Positions 9,282-18,105 of a stretch of 64,000 bases of DNA are shown piece by piece. The notes under the pieces were generated by a model that was given only the letters and a program-made list of their open reading frames with translations, was not told where the DNA came from and ran no database searches. The position numbers and the translations under genes are program-made. Origin of the DNA: Steroidobacteraceae bacterium (GTDB lineage: Bacteria; Pseudomonadota; Gammaproteobacteria; Steroidobacterales; Steroidobacteraceae); NCBI GenBank assembly GCA_052143815.1, contig JBKQSA010000103.1, forward strand, positions 53,763-117,762, given 5' to 3'. Each line of letters starts with the position of its first letter. Positions within the stretch are counted from its first letter, which is position 1.

Positions 9282-10391
9282 ATGCCCACTTTGTTCGACC
9301 CTATTCATTTCGGCAGCATCGAGTCTGCCAACCGTATCGTGATGGCGCCGCTCACTCGCGACCGCGCCGGCCCGCATCAGGTGCCGACGCCGTTGATGGC
9401 CACTTACTATGGCCAGCGTGCCTCGGCCGGATTGATCGTAGCCGAAGCCACGCAAATTTCTGCCGAGGGCCAAGGCTATTTGGACACTCCGGGCATATAT
9501 AGCGCGGAGCAAATTGCGGGATGGCGGCGCATCACCGACGTCGTTCACGCGAAGCGCGGCAAGATCGTGCTGCAACTGTGGCACGTCGGCCGTATTTCGC
9601 ATGTCTCTTTGCAGCCCAACGGGCAAGCGCCGGTATCGAGCACGTCAAGACGCGCAAACACCAAAACATTCACCGCGAAAGGATTCGAGGAGGTATCGCA
9701 GCCGCGTGCCCTGCGGCTCGATGAAATGCCGCGCATCGTCGCGGACTATCGGCAAGCTGCGCGCAATGCGATCGACGCCGGTTTCGACGGCGTGGAGGTT
9801 CATGGCGCCAACGGCTACTTGTTGGAACAATTTCTACGAGACACCATCAACGATCGTACGGACGCGTATGGTGGACCTAAGGAAAATCGCGCGCGATTGC
9901 CGCTCGAAGTCATGCGTGCAATAGCCGCCGAGATCGGGCCAGGGCGCACCGGCTTGCGTCTCTCGCCGGTGACGCCGGCCAATGACGCCGCCATCGACAG
10001 TGATGCACAGGGTCTATTCAATTACCTGGTGGAGCAATTGGCGCCGCTCAAACTCGCCTTCATTCACATCGTGGAACGAGCCACGGGGGGACCTCGCGAC
10101 TACGCTCCGTTCGATTATGCCGCTCTGCGCAGTCGATTCAAAAATGGCAATGCGCAGGGTGCGTGGATCGTGAACAACGGATACACGCGGGCCATGGCCC
10201 TCGAGGCTGTGGCGAGCGGTGCTGCCGACATGGTGGCGTTCGGCAAGCCGTTCATCAGCAATCCCGATCTGGTAAGCCGGCTACGCGCCGACGCACCCTT
10301 GGCGTCGTTGAACCCCGCGACGCTTTACGGCGGCGATGCAGCCGGATATACGGATTATCCCGCCCTCGACCCGGCGACCGCTGAGGCGTAG
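9282..10391 (+). CDS. NADH:flavin oxidoreductase, Old Yellow Enzyme / N-ethylmaleimide reductase family
   Basis: MPTLFDPIHFGSIESANRIVMAPLTR..., QLWHVGR and GFDGVEVHGANGYLLEQFL are typical OYE blocks. Confidence 0.9.
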   Translation: MPTLFDPIHFGSIESANRIVMAPLTRDRAGPHQVPTPLMATYYGQRASAGLIVAEATQISAEGQGYLDTPGIYSAEQIAGWRRITDVVHAKRGKIVLQLWHVGRISHVSLQPNGQAPVSSTSRRANTKTFTAKGFEEVSQPRALRLDEMPRIVADYRQAARNAIDAGFDGVEVHGANGYLLEQFLRDTINDRTDAYGGPKENRARLPLEVMRAIAAEIGPGRTGLRLSPVTPANDAAIDSDAQGLFNYLVEQLAPLKLAFIHIVERATGGPRDYAPFDYAALRSRFKNGNAQGAWIVNNGYTRAMALEAVASGAADMVAFGKPFISNPDLVSRLRADAPLASLNPATLYGGDAAGYTDYPALDPATAEA

Positions 10392-10395
10392 TACT

Positions 10396-11073
10396 TTGCC
10401 GGAGAGTTCCCCGAAGTTGCGCGCTGAAGGTTCGTTGACGGTCAAGACCGGCCGACGCCCGCCTCTTGCGCGGACCGCCCGCCTCACCGTGTTGTTTGCC
10501 GATTTACGAGGATACACCGGCCTCGCGGAACGGCTTGCCGCTGCACGCATCGTGCCGCTGCTGGATGAGTTTTTTGGCGTACTCGCAAAGGCCACGCTGT
10601 CGCATGGCGGCACGGTTTTCCATATGGCCGGGGACGGTATGATGGCCGGCTTCGGCGGACTCGACTCGGAACAGGACGGTGCGCGTGAGGCGCTTGCTGC
10701 CGGCCACGCGATGTTGCAGCATTTCGGCACGGTGGCAGCACGCTGGCGCAATGAACTGTCGCTCGAAACCGGCATCGGCGTGGGGCTTCATTTGGGCGAA
10801 GTCGCGATGGGGCTGCTGGGGCCGCCGGGCCGGAAATCGACCACGTTGGTCGGCGATACCGTCAACGTCGCTGCTCGACTTTGCAGCCGCGCCCGAGCGG
10901 GAGAGGTGTTGTTGTCGTGTACGGTAGCGGCTGCCTTGGAGATCGACGACGGTGAGCGCGAACTCTACGTCGGACCGATCCCGATACTGCATCTGCCCCA
11001 GTTCGAACTGCGCGGCCGAACGGCGCCGTTGGACATCTGGTGCGTGCCGGCGATGGAGCGCGTCGCGTTGTAG
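10396..11073 (+). CDS. Small class III nucleotidyl cyclase domain protein
   Basis: LTVLFADLRGYTGL, HMAGDGMMAGFG and GDTVNVAARL. The start is uncertain: ORF 10336.. overlaps the OYE gene, and the TTG at 10396 is a provisional choice. Confidence 0.75.
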   Translation: MPESSPKLRAEGSLTVKTGRRPPLARTARLTVLFADLRGYTGLAERLAAARIVPLLDEFFGVLAKATLSHGGTVFHMAGDGMMAGFGGLDSEQDGAREALAAGHAMLQHFGTVAARWRNELSLETGIGVGLHLGEVAMGLLGPPGRKSTTLVGDTVNVAARLCSRARAGEVLLSCTVAAALEIDDGERELYVGPIPILHLPQFELRGRTAPLDIWCVPAMERVAL

Positions 11074-11103
11074 CGGACCTCTGCTAAACTTTGCGGGTTT
11101 TTA

Positions 11104-11189
11104 GCCCTCGTGGCGGAATCGGTAGACGCAACGGACTTAAAATCCGTCGGTTAACAGCCATCCCGGTTCGAGTCCGGGCGAGGGCACCA
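11104..11189 (+). tRNA. tRNA-Leu (anticodon UAA)
   Basis: Acceptor stem GCCCTCG/CGAGGGC, anticodon arm ACGGA-CTTAAAA-TCCGT (TAA), long variable arm, T arm CCCGG-TTCGAGT-CCGGG, and an encoded CCA. Confidence 0.95.
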
Positions 11190-11295
11190 ATAAGTTATCT
11201 GAAAGCCAGCTCGTTGAGCAGTGTGCCATTCACGACCCGCGGCGTTTCTTGATTCATTGGGAAAATTTATTGGTCGAGCCGGGGTTGCCTGCCAA

Positions 11296-11324
11296 TTGAA
11301 ATGACTGTTATAACTTGTTATAAT
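11296..11324 (+). promoter_or_regulatory. Sigma70-like promoter TTGAAA-N17-TATAAT overlapping the direct repeats TGTTATAAC/TTGTTATAAT
   Basis: Read directly. The -10 element ends 6 nt before the ATG at 11331, which implies a leaderless or near-leaderless mRNA. Confidence 0.5.
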
Positions 11325-11330
11325 CTCGCA

Positions 11331-11771
11331 ATGAAATTGACGGTTCGACGTGTCGGCAACTCCCTTGGAGTCATATTACCGAAAGATGCGCTTGAGGCGT
11401 GGGCTATCGGCGAGGGCGATCATTTGGAACTCACTGAGCGCGGCATTCGACCCCCGGCTCGCGGCGGCCTTTCGCATCAAGCGTTGGATGAGCTCAAACG
11501 GTCCATCGCTCTTGCAGTTGTACGTGGCTTTACGCCCAGGGAAATCCGGGCCCAAATGCTGGCGAACTTGCATCGCTGGAAGAACCAGGGGACTTGGGGT
11601 CCTGCCTATGATGAATGGCAAAAGATTGCGCAATCTGAAGACGACGGTGTACTTTTTTCGGTGATGCTCGGACGCGACGAGAATGCCGTGAGGCTGCGGC
11701 AATCGATGCCGTTTGTTGGGCTTCTCCCGCAGGAGGAAGTGAGGAAGCTGCATGAAGAAGCGGGAGGTTGA
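11331..11771 (+). CDS. AbrB/MazE/SpoVT-type DNA-binding protein with an extended C-terminal domain (antitoxin-like)
   Basis: MKLTVRRVGNSLGVILPKDALEAWAIGEGDHLELTERG is a swapped-hairpin AbrB/MazE signature. About 100 further residues have an unrecognised fold. Confidence 0.75.
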   Translation: MKLTVRRVGNSLGVILPKDALEAWAIGEGDHLELTERGIRPPARGGLSHQALDELKRSIALAVVRGFTPREIRAQMLANLHRWKNQGTWGPAYDEWQKIAQSEDDGVLFSVMLGRDENAVRLRQSMPFVGLLPQEEVRKLHEEAGG

Positions 11772-12423
11772 TCATGTACTGCGCGCCGCGGGGCGGATTA
11801 CTGGTGAGAAGCAATTTATAATCATCGGCAGCCAGTCTCTCCACGGAAAGTATCCCGACCTTCCCGATAGTCTTGTCAAATCATTCGAGGTGGATCTGAT
11901 GGCCTCGAAGAATGCCGATCGAACAGAGTGGCTGAACGTAATCGGCGTGTACTCACCGTTTCATGAAAGTTTTGGCTACTACGCCGACCCAGTCGATCAC
12001 AAGACCGCGACATTCCCCAAGGGCTGGAAAGGGCGGCTGGTGAATCTGCCCGAAGGGGATACCGAAGGTGTTCAAGGGCTATGTTTGGATCCTCACGATC
12101 TCGCGATTGCCAAATATGTCGCACGCCGGGAGAAGGATATTGTTTTCACGCGTGAACTTGCCAAGCGAGGAATCGTGTCGCGCGATCGATTGCTCGCATT
12201 GCTCGACCAGACGTCTGTTTCTAAAGAAGCGCGCGCGCGAATTCATACGCACATCGCCAAGGATTTTGGCGTTCTAAAAGAACTGGAGGGAACTCAGCAG
12301 CGCCAGGAGGCTTGGCGCGAGTCAATACGTGCTTCAGGCTCGCCCAGCCTCGAGGAGATTCGACAACATGACGATCCGCTAGAGGATCACGGGACAGGTA
12401 TCGACGAGGATACGACGGAGTAG
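11752..12423 (+). CDS. Conserved-looking hypothetical protein, possibly a nucleotidyltransferase fold (toxin/effector candidate)
   Basis: Overlaps the upstream gene by 20 nt. Motifs are FIIIGSQSLHG...SFEVDLMA (a GS...ExD pattern) and LDPHDLAIAKYVARREKDIVF. The function is an inference only. Confidence 0.5.
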   Translation: MKKREVDHVLRAAGRITGEKQFIIIGSQSLHGKYPDLPDSLVKSFEVDLMASKNADRTEWLNVIGVYSPFHESFGYYADPVDHKTATFPKGWKGRLVNLPEGDTEGVQGLCLDPHDLAIAKYVARREKDIVFTRELAKRGIVSRDRLLALLDQTSVSKEARARIHTHIAKDFGVLKELEGTQQRQEAWRESIRASGSPSLEEIRQHDDPLEDHGTGIDEDTTE

Positions 12424-12431
12424 CCGCTGAT

Positions 12432-12457
12432 TTTGCCTACCGACCGGTTTAGGCAAA
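12432..12457 (+). terminator. Hairpin TTTGCCTA-N10-TAGGCAAA after the islet operon
   Basis: 8-bp perfect stem read directly, 9 nt after the stop at 12423. There is no T-tract. Confidence 0.35.
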
Positions 12458-12458
12458 G

Positions 12459-12497
12459 TGAACTGCCATCCGGGTTCGAGCCCGGGCGAGGGCACCA
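12459..12497 (+). repeat. Degenerate direct copy of the tRNA-Leu 3' end (att-like scar)
   Basis: TGAACTGCCATCCGGGTTCGAGCCCGGGCGAGGGCACCA compared with the tRNA at 11151..11189, TTAACAGCCATCCCGGTTCGAGTCCGGGCGAGGGCACCA. There are 4 mismatches by hand count. Confidence 0.85.
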
Positions 12498-12576
12498 GCA
12501 TTACTCGACCGCACTTGTGCCGGGGTCATTTGCCAGAAAGGCGCCTTGGGTTGCGGATCATTTGTCCGGCGGATCT

Positions 12577-13518
12577 TCAGGCGTCGACCAGCGTTTGCCT
12601 CAATTCGGCGACGCGCCCTGGCAATGCGATCGCGACCTCATCGACTTGCTCTTCGTTGAGTCCCAGCCATGACATGGCGGCTGCATTGCGGGCAATCGGC
12701 GCCGGTTCCAGCGTGAAGGTGCTGCCGCTGGCAAGCCCTAGAGTGGCGCCCAGATTGATGAGCGCGGCCAGTGCGCGATGAGGCTCAATGGCAGCCATCG
12801 GATCGTGATGATGGCGCGTCGCCACGATGAGAGATTCCGGCAGCTTCCATGCTTCAAAAATCACTGCGATGCATTCCTCATGTCCGACGGAGGCATACTC
12901 CGATTCCAGGGCACGCATGTCGCGCGTGTCATCCGACTTGCGCAGATCGATCATCGTAGTGATGCCAGGTGAGTCGAGATGCAGCTGTACGACGATTCCG
13001 AGGTTGTGCAGCAGTCCCGCAATGAAGGCGTCGCAGGCCAACGCCGGGTTCTGGATCCGGGCCAGGGTTTCGGCCGCTGACGCGGTAGCGAGGCTATGCT
13101 GCAACAGCGCCTCCATATCGACCAGAGACTGTTCGCTGCCCGGCGACATGGTTCGGTCCAGACACGCCGCTGCGGCAATTCCGCGTACAGCGTCGAGGCC
13201 CAAGACCACCAGGGCGCGATCCAGGGTGGTGATCGAGCGGGACTGTCCGTAGTAGGGCGAGTTCGCGACGCGCAGCACCCTCGCGCACAGGGCGGGCTCT
13301 TTCCGCAGTAGCGTCCCCACCACGCGTGCGTCGACTTCAGAGTTGCAGAGCGCAGCCATGATCTGCGGCGCGCCGTGCGCACCGGCGCCGAGCACGCCGA
13401 TAGATGCCGCGTGCTTTAGGATCTGCGCGCGGTCAACGAGAGAATGGGCGCGATGCTGGGAGTCCATTGATGGAATCTTATCGGGCAGATGGTCCCAAAG
13501 TGGTGTGAGTCGGCTCAC
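12577..13518 (-). CDS. HDOD-domain signalling protein
   Basis: LLRKEPALCARVLRVANSPYYGQSRSITTLDRALVVLGLDAVRGIA and HNLGIVV are typical HDOD blocks. Confidence 0.85.
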   Translation of the reverse strand: MSRLTPLWDHLPDKIPSMDSQHRAHSLVDRAQILKHAASIGVLGAGAHGAPQIMAALCNSEVDARVVGTLLRKEPALCARVLRVANSPYYGQSRSITTLDRALVVLGLDAVRGIAAAACLDRTMSPGSEQSLVDMEALLQHSLATASAAETLARIQNPALACDAFIAGLLHNLGIVVQLHLDSPGITTMIDLRKSDDTRDMRALESEYASVGHEECIAVIFEAWKLPESLIVATRHHHDPMAAIEPHRALAALINLGATLGLASGSTFTLEPAPIARNAAAMSWLGLNEEQVDEVAIALPGRVAELRQTLVDA

Positions 13519-13624
13519 AGATCAGGCCACTGCTTGATATCGCGTTACAAGAACGCCTCGTTCTGCCGATAAGGCGGCTGCGTAGAACGAATGCTTCCGG
13601 ACTTGAAAAGGGCACCCATCGGTC

Positions 13625-16600
13625 ATGGACCAGGAATCGACTTCAGGCAGGGGGTGCGCAGAGCCCGGCGCTGCCGCGACGGTTGCAAGCAAGCTTCGTC
13701 GGACACCGTGGGAGCCTTTGATTGCGACCGCAGACACCAGCGGTTCAACAGTCGCCGGGTGGGCCGCCGCCCTGGTATTGACGGCCGGTGTGGCCGAATC
13801 GGCTGTGCTCGCCGCAGTTCTGAACCCGGCCGTATGGGGACGGGTAATGGCCATCGGTGCCCTGTTGGCACTGATGGCCAGTGCCCTTGCCGGAGTCCTG
13901 GCGTCGTACTTGCACGGTCGGACGGCATTGCGCTCACACCATCATCGGCACGGTCAAAAACTCGGCGAGCCGCAGCGCGATCTGCGCGCCATCACGGACG
14001 CCCTGCCGTCAATGATCGGATATTGGGACAAGAATCTCATCAGTCGCTTCGCGAATCGCGCCTACGAAGTATGGTTCGGTGTTGATCCGCAGGCGATGTA
14101 CGGCATGCACATGTGCGATCTTCTTGGGGAGGACCAGTTCGAGCGTACCCGCGCATACGCTGAAGCAGCCCTTCGCGGTGAACCGGTCACGTTCGAGCGC
14201 GACCTTCCAGTCAATGAAGATCAGACGATCACCCACCTGCTGGCCCATTACATACCCGATATGAGTGGCGGCGAAGTCAGGGGGTTCTATGTGATGGTGT
14301 ACGACATCACTGCGCTCAAAGAGGCTCAACGACGTCTCGCAGAGAGCGAAACGTTTCTCGAACAAGCGGGGGCTGTATCGGGAGTAGGTGGATTTCGCGT
14401 GGACCTGCAGTCGGGCCGGCAGACGTGGACGCGCCAGACCTTCAAGATTTACGAGATGGAGACCGATGTTGCTCCCTCTGCAGAGGAACTGGATAAACTC
14501 ATGGCGCCTGAGATCGGCGCGAGGCTCTGGAAGGCCATTCGGGTTGCCGCGGAAACCGGCGTAGGCTACAACATTGAAATCCCGGTAGCCACGGCTCGCG
14601 GTCGATCGATCTGGATCCGGACCATTGGCGTCGTAGAGTTCGAGAATGGCAAGCCTGTGCGGGTCGTGGGAGCCGTCCAAGACATTACCGACCGCAAAGT
14701 CGCGCAAGAGGCGCTGCGGATCACGAGCGAGCGTCTCGCGCTGGCGACCGACGCTGCCGGTATCGGTGTCTGGGAATGGGACATCAACCGCAACGTGCTC
14801 CGCTGGGACGATCAGATGCACCGCCTGTACGGCCATACTCGATCCGCCGAAGATGAGCCCTACAGCCTGTGGACCGACAGCCTCCATGCCGACGATCGCG
14901 AGCGCGCCGAGCAGGAGATCATCACCGCGCTGAACGCCGGCCCGAATTTCGACACTGAATTCAGAATAGTGCTCTCGAACGGTGAGACTCGTCATCTGAA
15001 AGCCGCGGCCCAGGTGCAGCGCGACCCGGGCGGGACTCCGTTGCGCATGGTGGGCGTGAGCTTCGACATCACTAAACGCAAAGTGGTCGAGCAAGCGTTG
15101 ATCGAGAGTGAATTGAAGTTTCGTTCGCTGTTCGAACTGTCGCCGGTCGGCATTACCCTGAACGACATGCGAAGCGGGCAGTTCCTTCATCTGAACGATG
15201 CATTGGCGGCGCCGACCGGCTACACCCGCGAAGAGTTACTGAGCATGACCCATTGGGACGTCACTCCCGCCCATTATCGCGATCAGGAAAATGCCCAGCT
15301 GCTGTTGCTGGAGCAAACGGGTCGGTACGGACCGTACGAAAAGGAATTTCTGCGTAAGGACGGGAGTACCTATGCGGTGCTGCTCTCCGGCATCCGTATG
15401 AAGGACGCGTCCGGACGTCCGTTGATCTGCTCCATCGTTCAGGATATTTCCGTGCGTAAGGCCATGGAGTCGCAATTGGCTGACGCCGCGCGGCGCGACA
15501 AATTGACGGGGTTGGCAAATCGCGCACTGTTCATCGAACGGTTGGAAAGGGCCGTTGCGCGTGTACGCGGCGGCGAGCAGCCGCTGTTCGCGGTGCTGTT
15601 TCTCGACTTCGACCGCTTCAAGCTGATTAACGATACCCTCGGTCACGACGCCGGCGATGAACTGCTGCGGCAGATTGCCCGGCGTCTGCGACGCGAATTG
15701 CGCGCTTCCGACACCCTGACGGTCGATGAAAGCGGCAATGTGGTGAGCCGCTTCGGAGGCGATGAGTTCCTTATCCTGATCAACGACCTTAGGACGCCGG
15801 ATGACGCAACTCGGATCGCCGAGCGGCTGATTAATGCACTAGCGCCCGCCTATGATCTGCAGGGCAGTGAGGTGCATTCGAGTGCGAGCATCGGGATCAT
15901 CACCAGCGACCAGTGCCAAACCAATGCCGAGGACGTCGTGCGCAATGCCGATGTGGCGATGTATGAGGCCAAGCGCGCAGGCCGCGCTTGCTCGGTCGTG
16001 TTCAACGAGGTCATGCAGACGCGCCTGACGCGCCATGTGACGATCGAGAACAACCTGCGCCGGGCGCTTGGGACATCCGAGCTGTATCTGGTCTATCAGC
16101 CCATCGTCGAACTGTCGACCGGCAAGATGATCTCGGTCGAAGCGCTGGTGCGTTGGAACCATCCTACGCTTGGCGAGATTACCCCCTCGGAATTCATCCC
16201 GATCGCGGAGGAGTCGAGTCTGATCGTCGCCCTGGGTCAATGGGTGCAGAAAGAAGCCTGCCAGACGATGGCGATGTGGCGCAACCAGGATCCACTGCGC
16301 GCACCCCGCACGATCAGCGTCAATGTCTCGCGCGCCGAGTTGGCGATGGGCCGCCGATTGCTCGAACAAGTGCGCGCCACGCTGGAGCGCGTCGGGCTGC
16401 CCGCGCAGTGCCTGCAGCTCGAGGTTACCGAGCGTGAAGTCATGCGTCACCCTGAAGAAGCTCGTGCGCTGCTGCTCGAGCTGCAGGCTCTGGGCGTACA
16501 GCTTGCCATGGACGATTTTGGTACGGGCACTTCCTCGCTGGGCTGTCTACGGAACTATCCATTCAATACCATAAAGATCGATCGCTCCTTTGTGCAGGAC

Positions 16601-16831
16601 TTGACCGGGAGCCCAGATGTGCTGGCGGTCATTCATGCCACCGTCAACCTGGTCGAGAACCTTGGAATGGCGAGCCTCGCCGAGGGTGTCGAACAACCCG
16701 CCCAGGTCGCCATACTTCTGTCGCTCGGTTGCCGTTACGCGCAGGGCTACTTGTTCAGTCGCCCGGTGCCGGCCGCCTTGCTTCTCGATGCAGCAAGTCC
16801 CCGCGTCCCCGCCGCGCCCGTGGGGGCTTAA
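13625..16831 (+). CDS. Membrane-anchored 4xPAS-GGDEF-EAL c-di-GMP turnover protein
   Basis: Hydrophobic N-terminus, four PAS/PAC-like units, RFGGDEFLIL, SVEALVRWNHP and DDFGTGTSSL...IKIDRSFV. The start is uncertain. Confidence 0.92.
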   Translation: MDQESTSGRGCAEPGAAATVASKLRRTPWEPLIATADTSGSTVAGWAAALVLTAGVAESAVLAAVLNPAVWGRVMAIGALLALMASALAGVLASYLHGRTALRSHHHRHGQKLGEPQRDLRAITDALPSMIGYWDKNLISRFANRAYEVWFGVDPQAMYGMHMCDLLGEDQFERTRAYAEAALRGEPVTFERDLPVNEDQTITHLLAHYIPDMSGGEVRGFYVMVYDITALKEAQRRLAESETFLEQAGAVSGVGGFRVDLQSGRQTWTRQTFKIYEMETDVAPSAEELDKLMAPEIGARLWKAIRVAAETGVGYNIEIPVATARGRSIWIRTIGVVEFENGKPVRVVGAVQDITDRKVAQEALRITSERLALATDAAGIGVWEWDINRNVLRWDDQMHRLYGHTRSAEDEPYSLWTDSLHADDRERAEQEIITALNAGPNFDTEFRIVLSNGETRHLKAAAQVQRDPGGTPLRMVGVSFDITKRKVVEQALIESELKFRSLFELSPVGITLNDMRSGQFLHLNDALAAPTGYTREELLSMTHWDVTPAHYRDQENAQLLLLEQTGRYGPYEKEFLRKDGSTYAVLLSGIRMKDASGRPLICSIVQDISVRKAMESQLADAARRDKLTGLANRALFIERLERAVARVRGGEQPLFAVLFLDFDRFKLINDTLGHDAGDELLRQIARRLRRELRASDTLTVDESGNVVSRFGGDEFLILINDLRTPDDATRIAERLINALAPAYDLQGSEVHSSASIGIITSDQCQTNAEDVVRNADVAMYEAKRAGRACSVVFNEVMQTRLTRHVTIENNLRRALGTSELYLVYQPIVELSTGKMISVEALVRWNHPTLGEITPSEFIPIAEESSLIVALGQWVQKEACQTMAMWRNQDPLRAPRTISVNVSRAELAMGRRLLEQVRATLERVGLPAQCLQLEVTEREVMRHPEEARALLLELQALGVQLAMDDFGTGTSSLGCLRNYPFNTIKIDRSFVQDLTGSPDVLAVIHATVNLVENLGMASLAEGVEQPAQVAILLSLGCRYAQGYLFSRPVPAALLLDAASPRVPAAPVGA

Positions 16832-16902
16832 GTTTCCCATGAACCGGTCGACACGCTATCAGCCGTTTTCAATCGCACGCACATTCACGGAAGCGCCTCG
16901 CT

Positions 16903-18105
16903 ATGCAAGATGACGTGATGACACCGATCGACTCAGCCGCCTCGCATGACTCGCTCATGCGATTCTTACACGCAGCGCCGCTGGGCCTGTTGCAAGCTGG
17001 GCTCGACGGTACCATCGAGACCATCAACGCGACGGCGGCGGCTCTGCTCGCACCGCTGTCGTCCAATGGTCGCCTGGACAATCTGTTTGCCCTGTTGATC
17101 GAGGCCATGCCGCAACTGCAGGCGATGGTCGCCGCGTTCGATAAGGATACCGGTACCGTCTGCGAAGCCATTCGCGTACCGATGGTCGGGCGCGCGAATT
17201 CCGCCGTGTCTCAGATACCGTGCGTCGGACTTTTCAAATTGGATGCAACTCGGCTGTTGGCTACGGTGAGCGATGTCGTTGTCGAACCTGTTAATCACGA
17301 ACGCGTCTCGCGGCGCAGCGTCATGGCGGCCGAGCTGCGGCAGGCGCTTGCGGAGAACCAGCTATTCGTCCAATACCAGCCCATCGTCGGGCTGCGCCGC
17401 GAGGACGCCAGCCTTGGGGTGATGGATCGGAGCGCGGGCGTCGAGGCACTGGTGCGTTGGAATCATCGGATTCGCGGTGCGGTGTCGCCGTTGGAATTCA
17501 TCAGTGTTGCGGAGGAATACGGCCTGATAGGCGCGCTCGGCGACTTCGTGCTGAATACCGCCTCTCGTCAATTCATGAAATGGCAACTCGAGCTGGGAGT
17601 GCGTGCCCCGCGGCTATTGGCGTTGAACCTCTCGCGCGTGCAAATCGCGCAACCGGGATTCGTCGCCTCGGTTGGGAATATCGTGAACGCCAGCGGCATG
17701 GCTGCCGAGCAGCTGCAACTCGAAGTGAATGAAAGCGTGGTGGCGCAGGATGAGGCGGTCCAGGCCCGCTTGCGGGAACTCAAGGCACTCGGGCTGGTGC
17801 TCGCGCTGGATCACTTCGGGACGGGCTATTCTTCGCTGACCAGACTGCACCGGCTGCCGGTGGACGTCATTAAGATCGATCGTTCCTTCGTCAACGAGGC
17901 AATCGCCAGTACGTACCACCGGGTGTTGATCGAATCCATGGTGCGCGTCGCCAAAAGCTTGCGAATGAGCACGGTTGCGGAAGGAATCGAAACCGAAGCG
18001 CAGCTCGCCATGGTGCGGCAATCGGGCTGCGAGAAAGGCCAGGGATTCTTCTTCGGCGAGGCCATTTCGGCCGCCAACTTGGAGCAGTGGCTGAGTTTGG
18101 ACTAA
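16903..18105 (+). CDS. PAS-like sensor-EAL phosphodiesterase
   Basis: GVEALVRWNH, DHFGTGYSSLTRL, IKIDRSFV and EGIETEAQ. The N-terminus FLHAAPLGLLQAGLDGTIETINATAAALL is PAS-like. Confidence 0.85.
   Translation: MQDDVMTPIDSAASHDSLMRFLHAAPLGLLQAGLDGTIETINATAAALLAPLSSNGRLDNLFALLIEAMPQLQAMVAAFDKDTGTVCEAIRVPMVGRANSAVSQIPCVGLFKLDATRLLATVSDVVVEPVNHERVSRRSVMAAELRQALAENQLFVQYQPIVGLRREDASLGVMDRSAGVEALVRWNHRIRGAVSPLEFISVAEEYGLIGALGDFVLNTASRQFMKWQLELGVRAPRLLALNLSRVQIAQPGFVASVGNIVNASGMAAEQLQLEVNESVVAQDEAVQARLRELKALGLVLALDHFGTGYSSLTRLHRLPVDVIKIDRSFVNEAIASTYHRVLIESMVRVAKSLRMSTVAEGIETEAQLAMVRQSGCEKGQGFFFGEAISAANLEQWLSLD

Larger units (their letters stand above)
11190..12497 (+). mobile_element. Remnant integrated islet at the tRNA-Leu 3' end (no integrase)
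   Basis: Bounded on the left by the tRNA 3' end and on the right by a degenerate ~39-nt copy of that end. The interior is visibly less GC-rich and holds a two-gene module. Confidence 0.6.
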
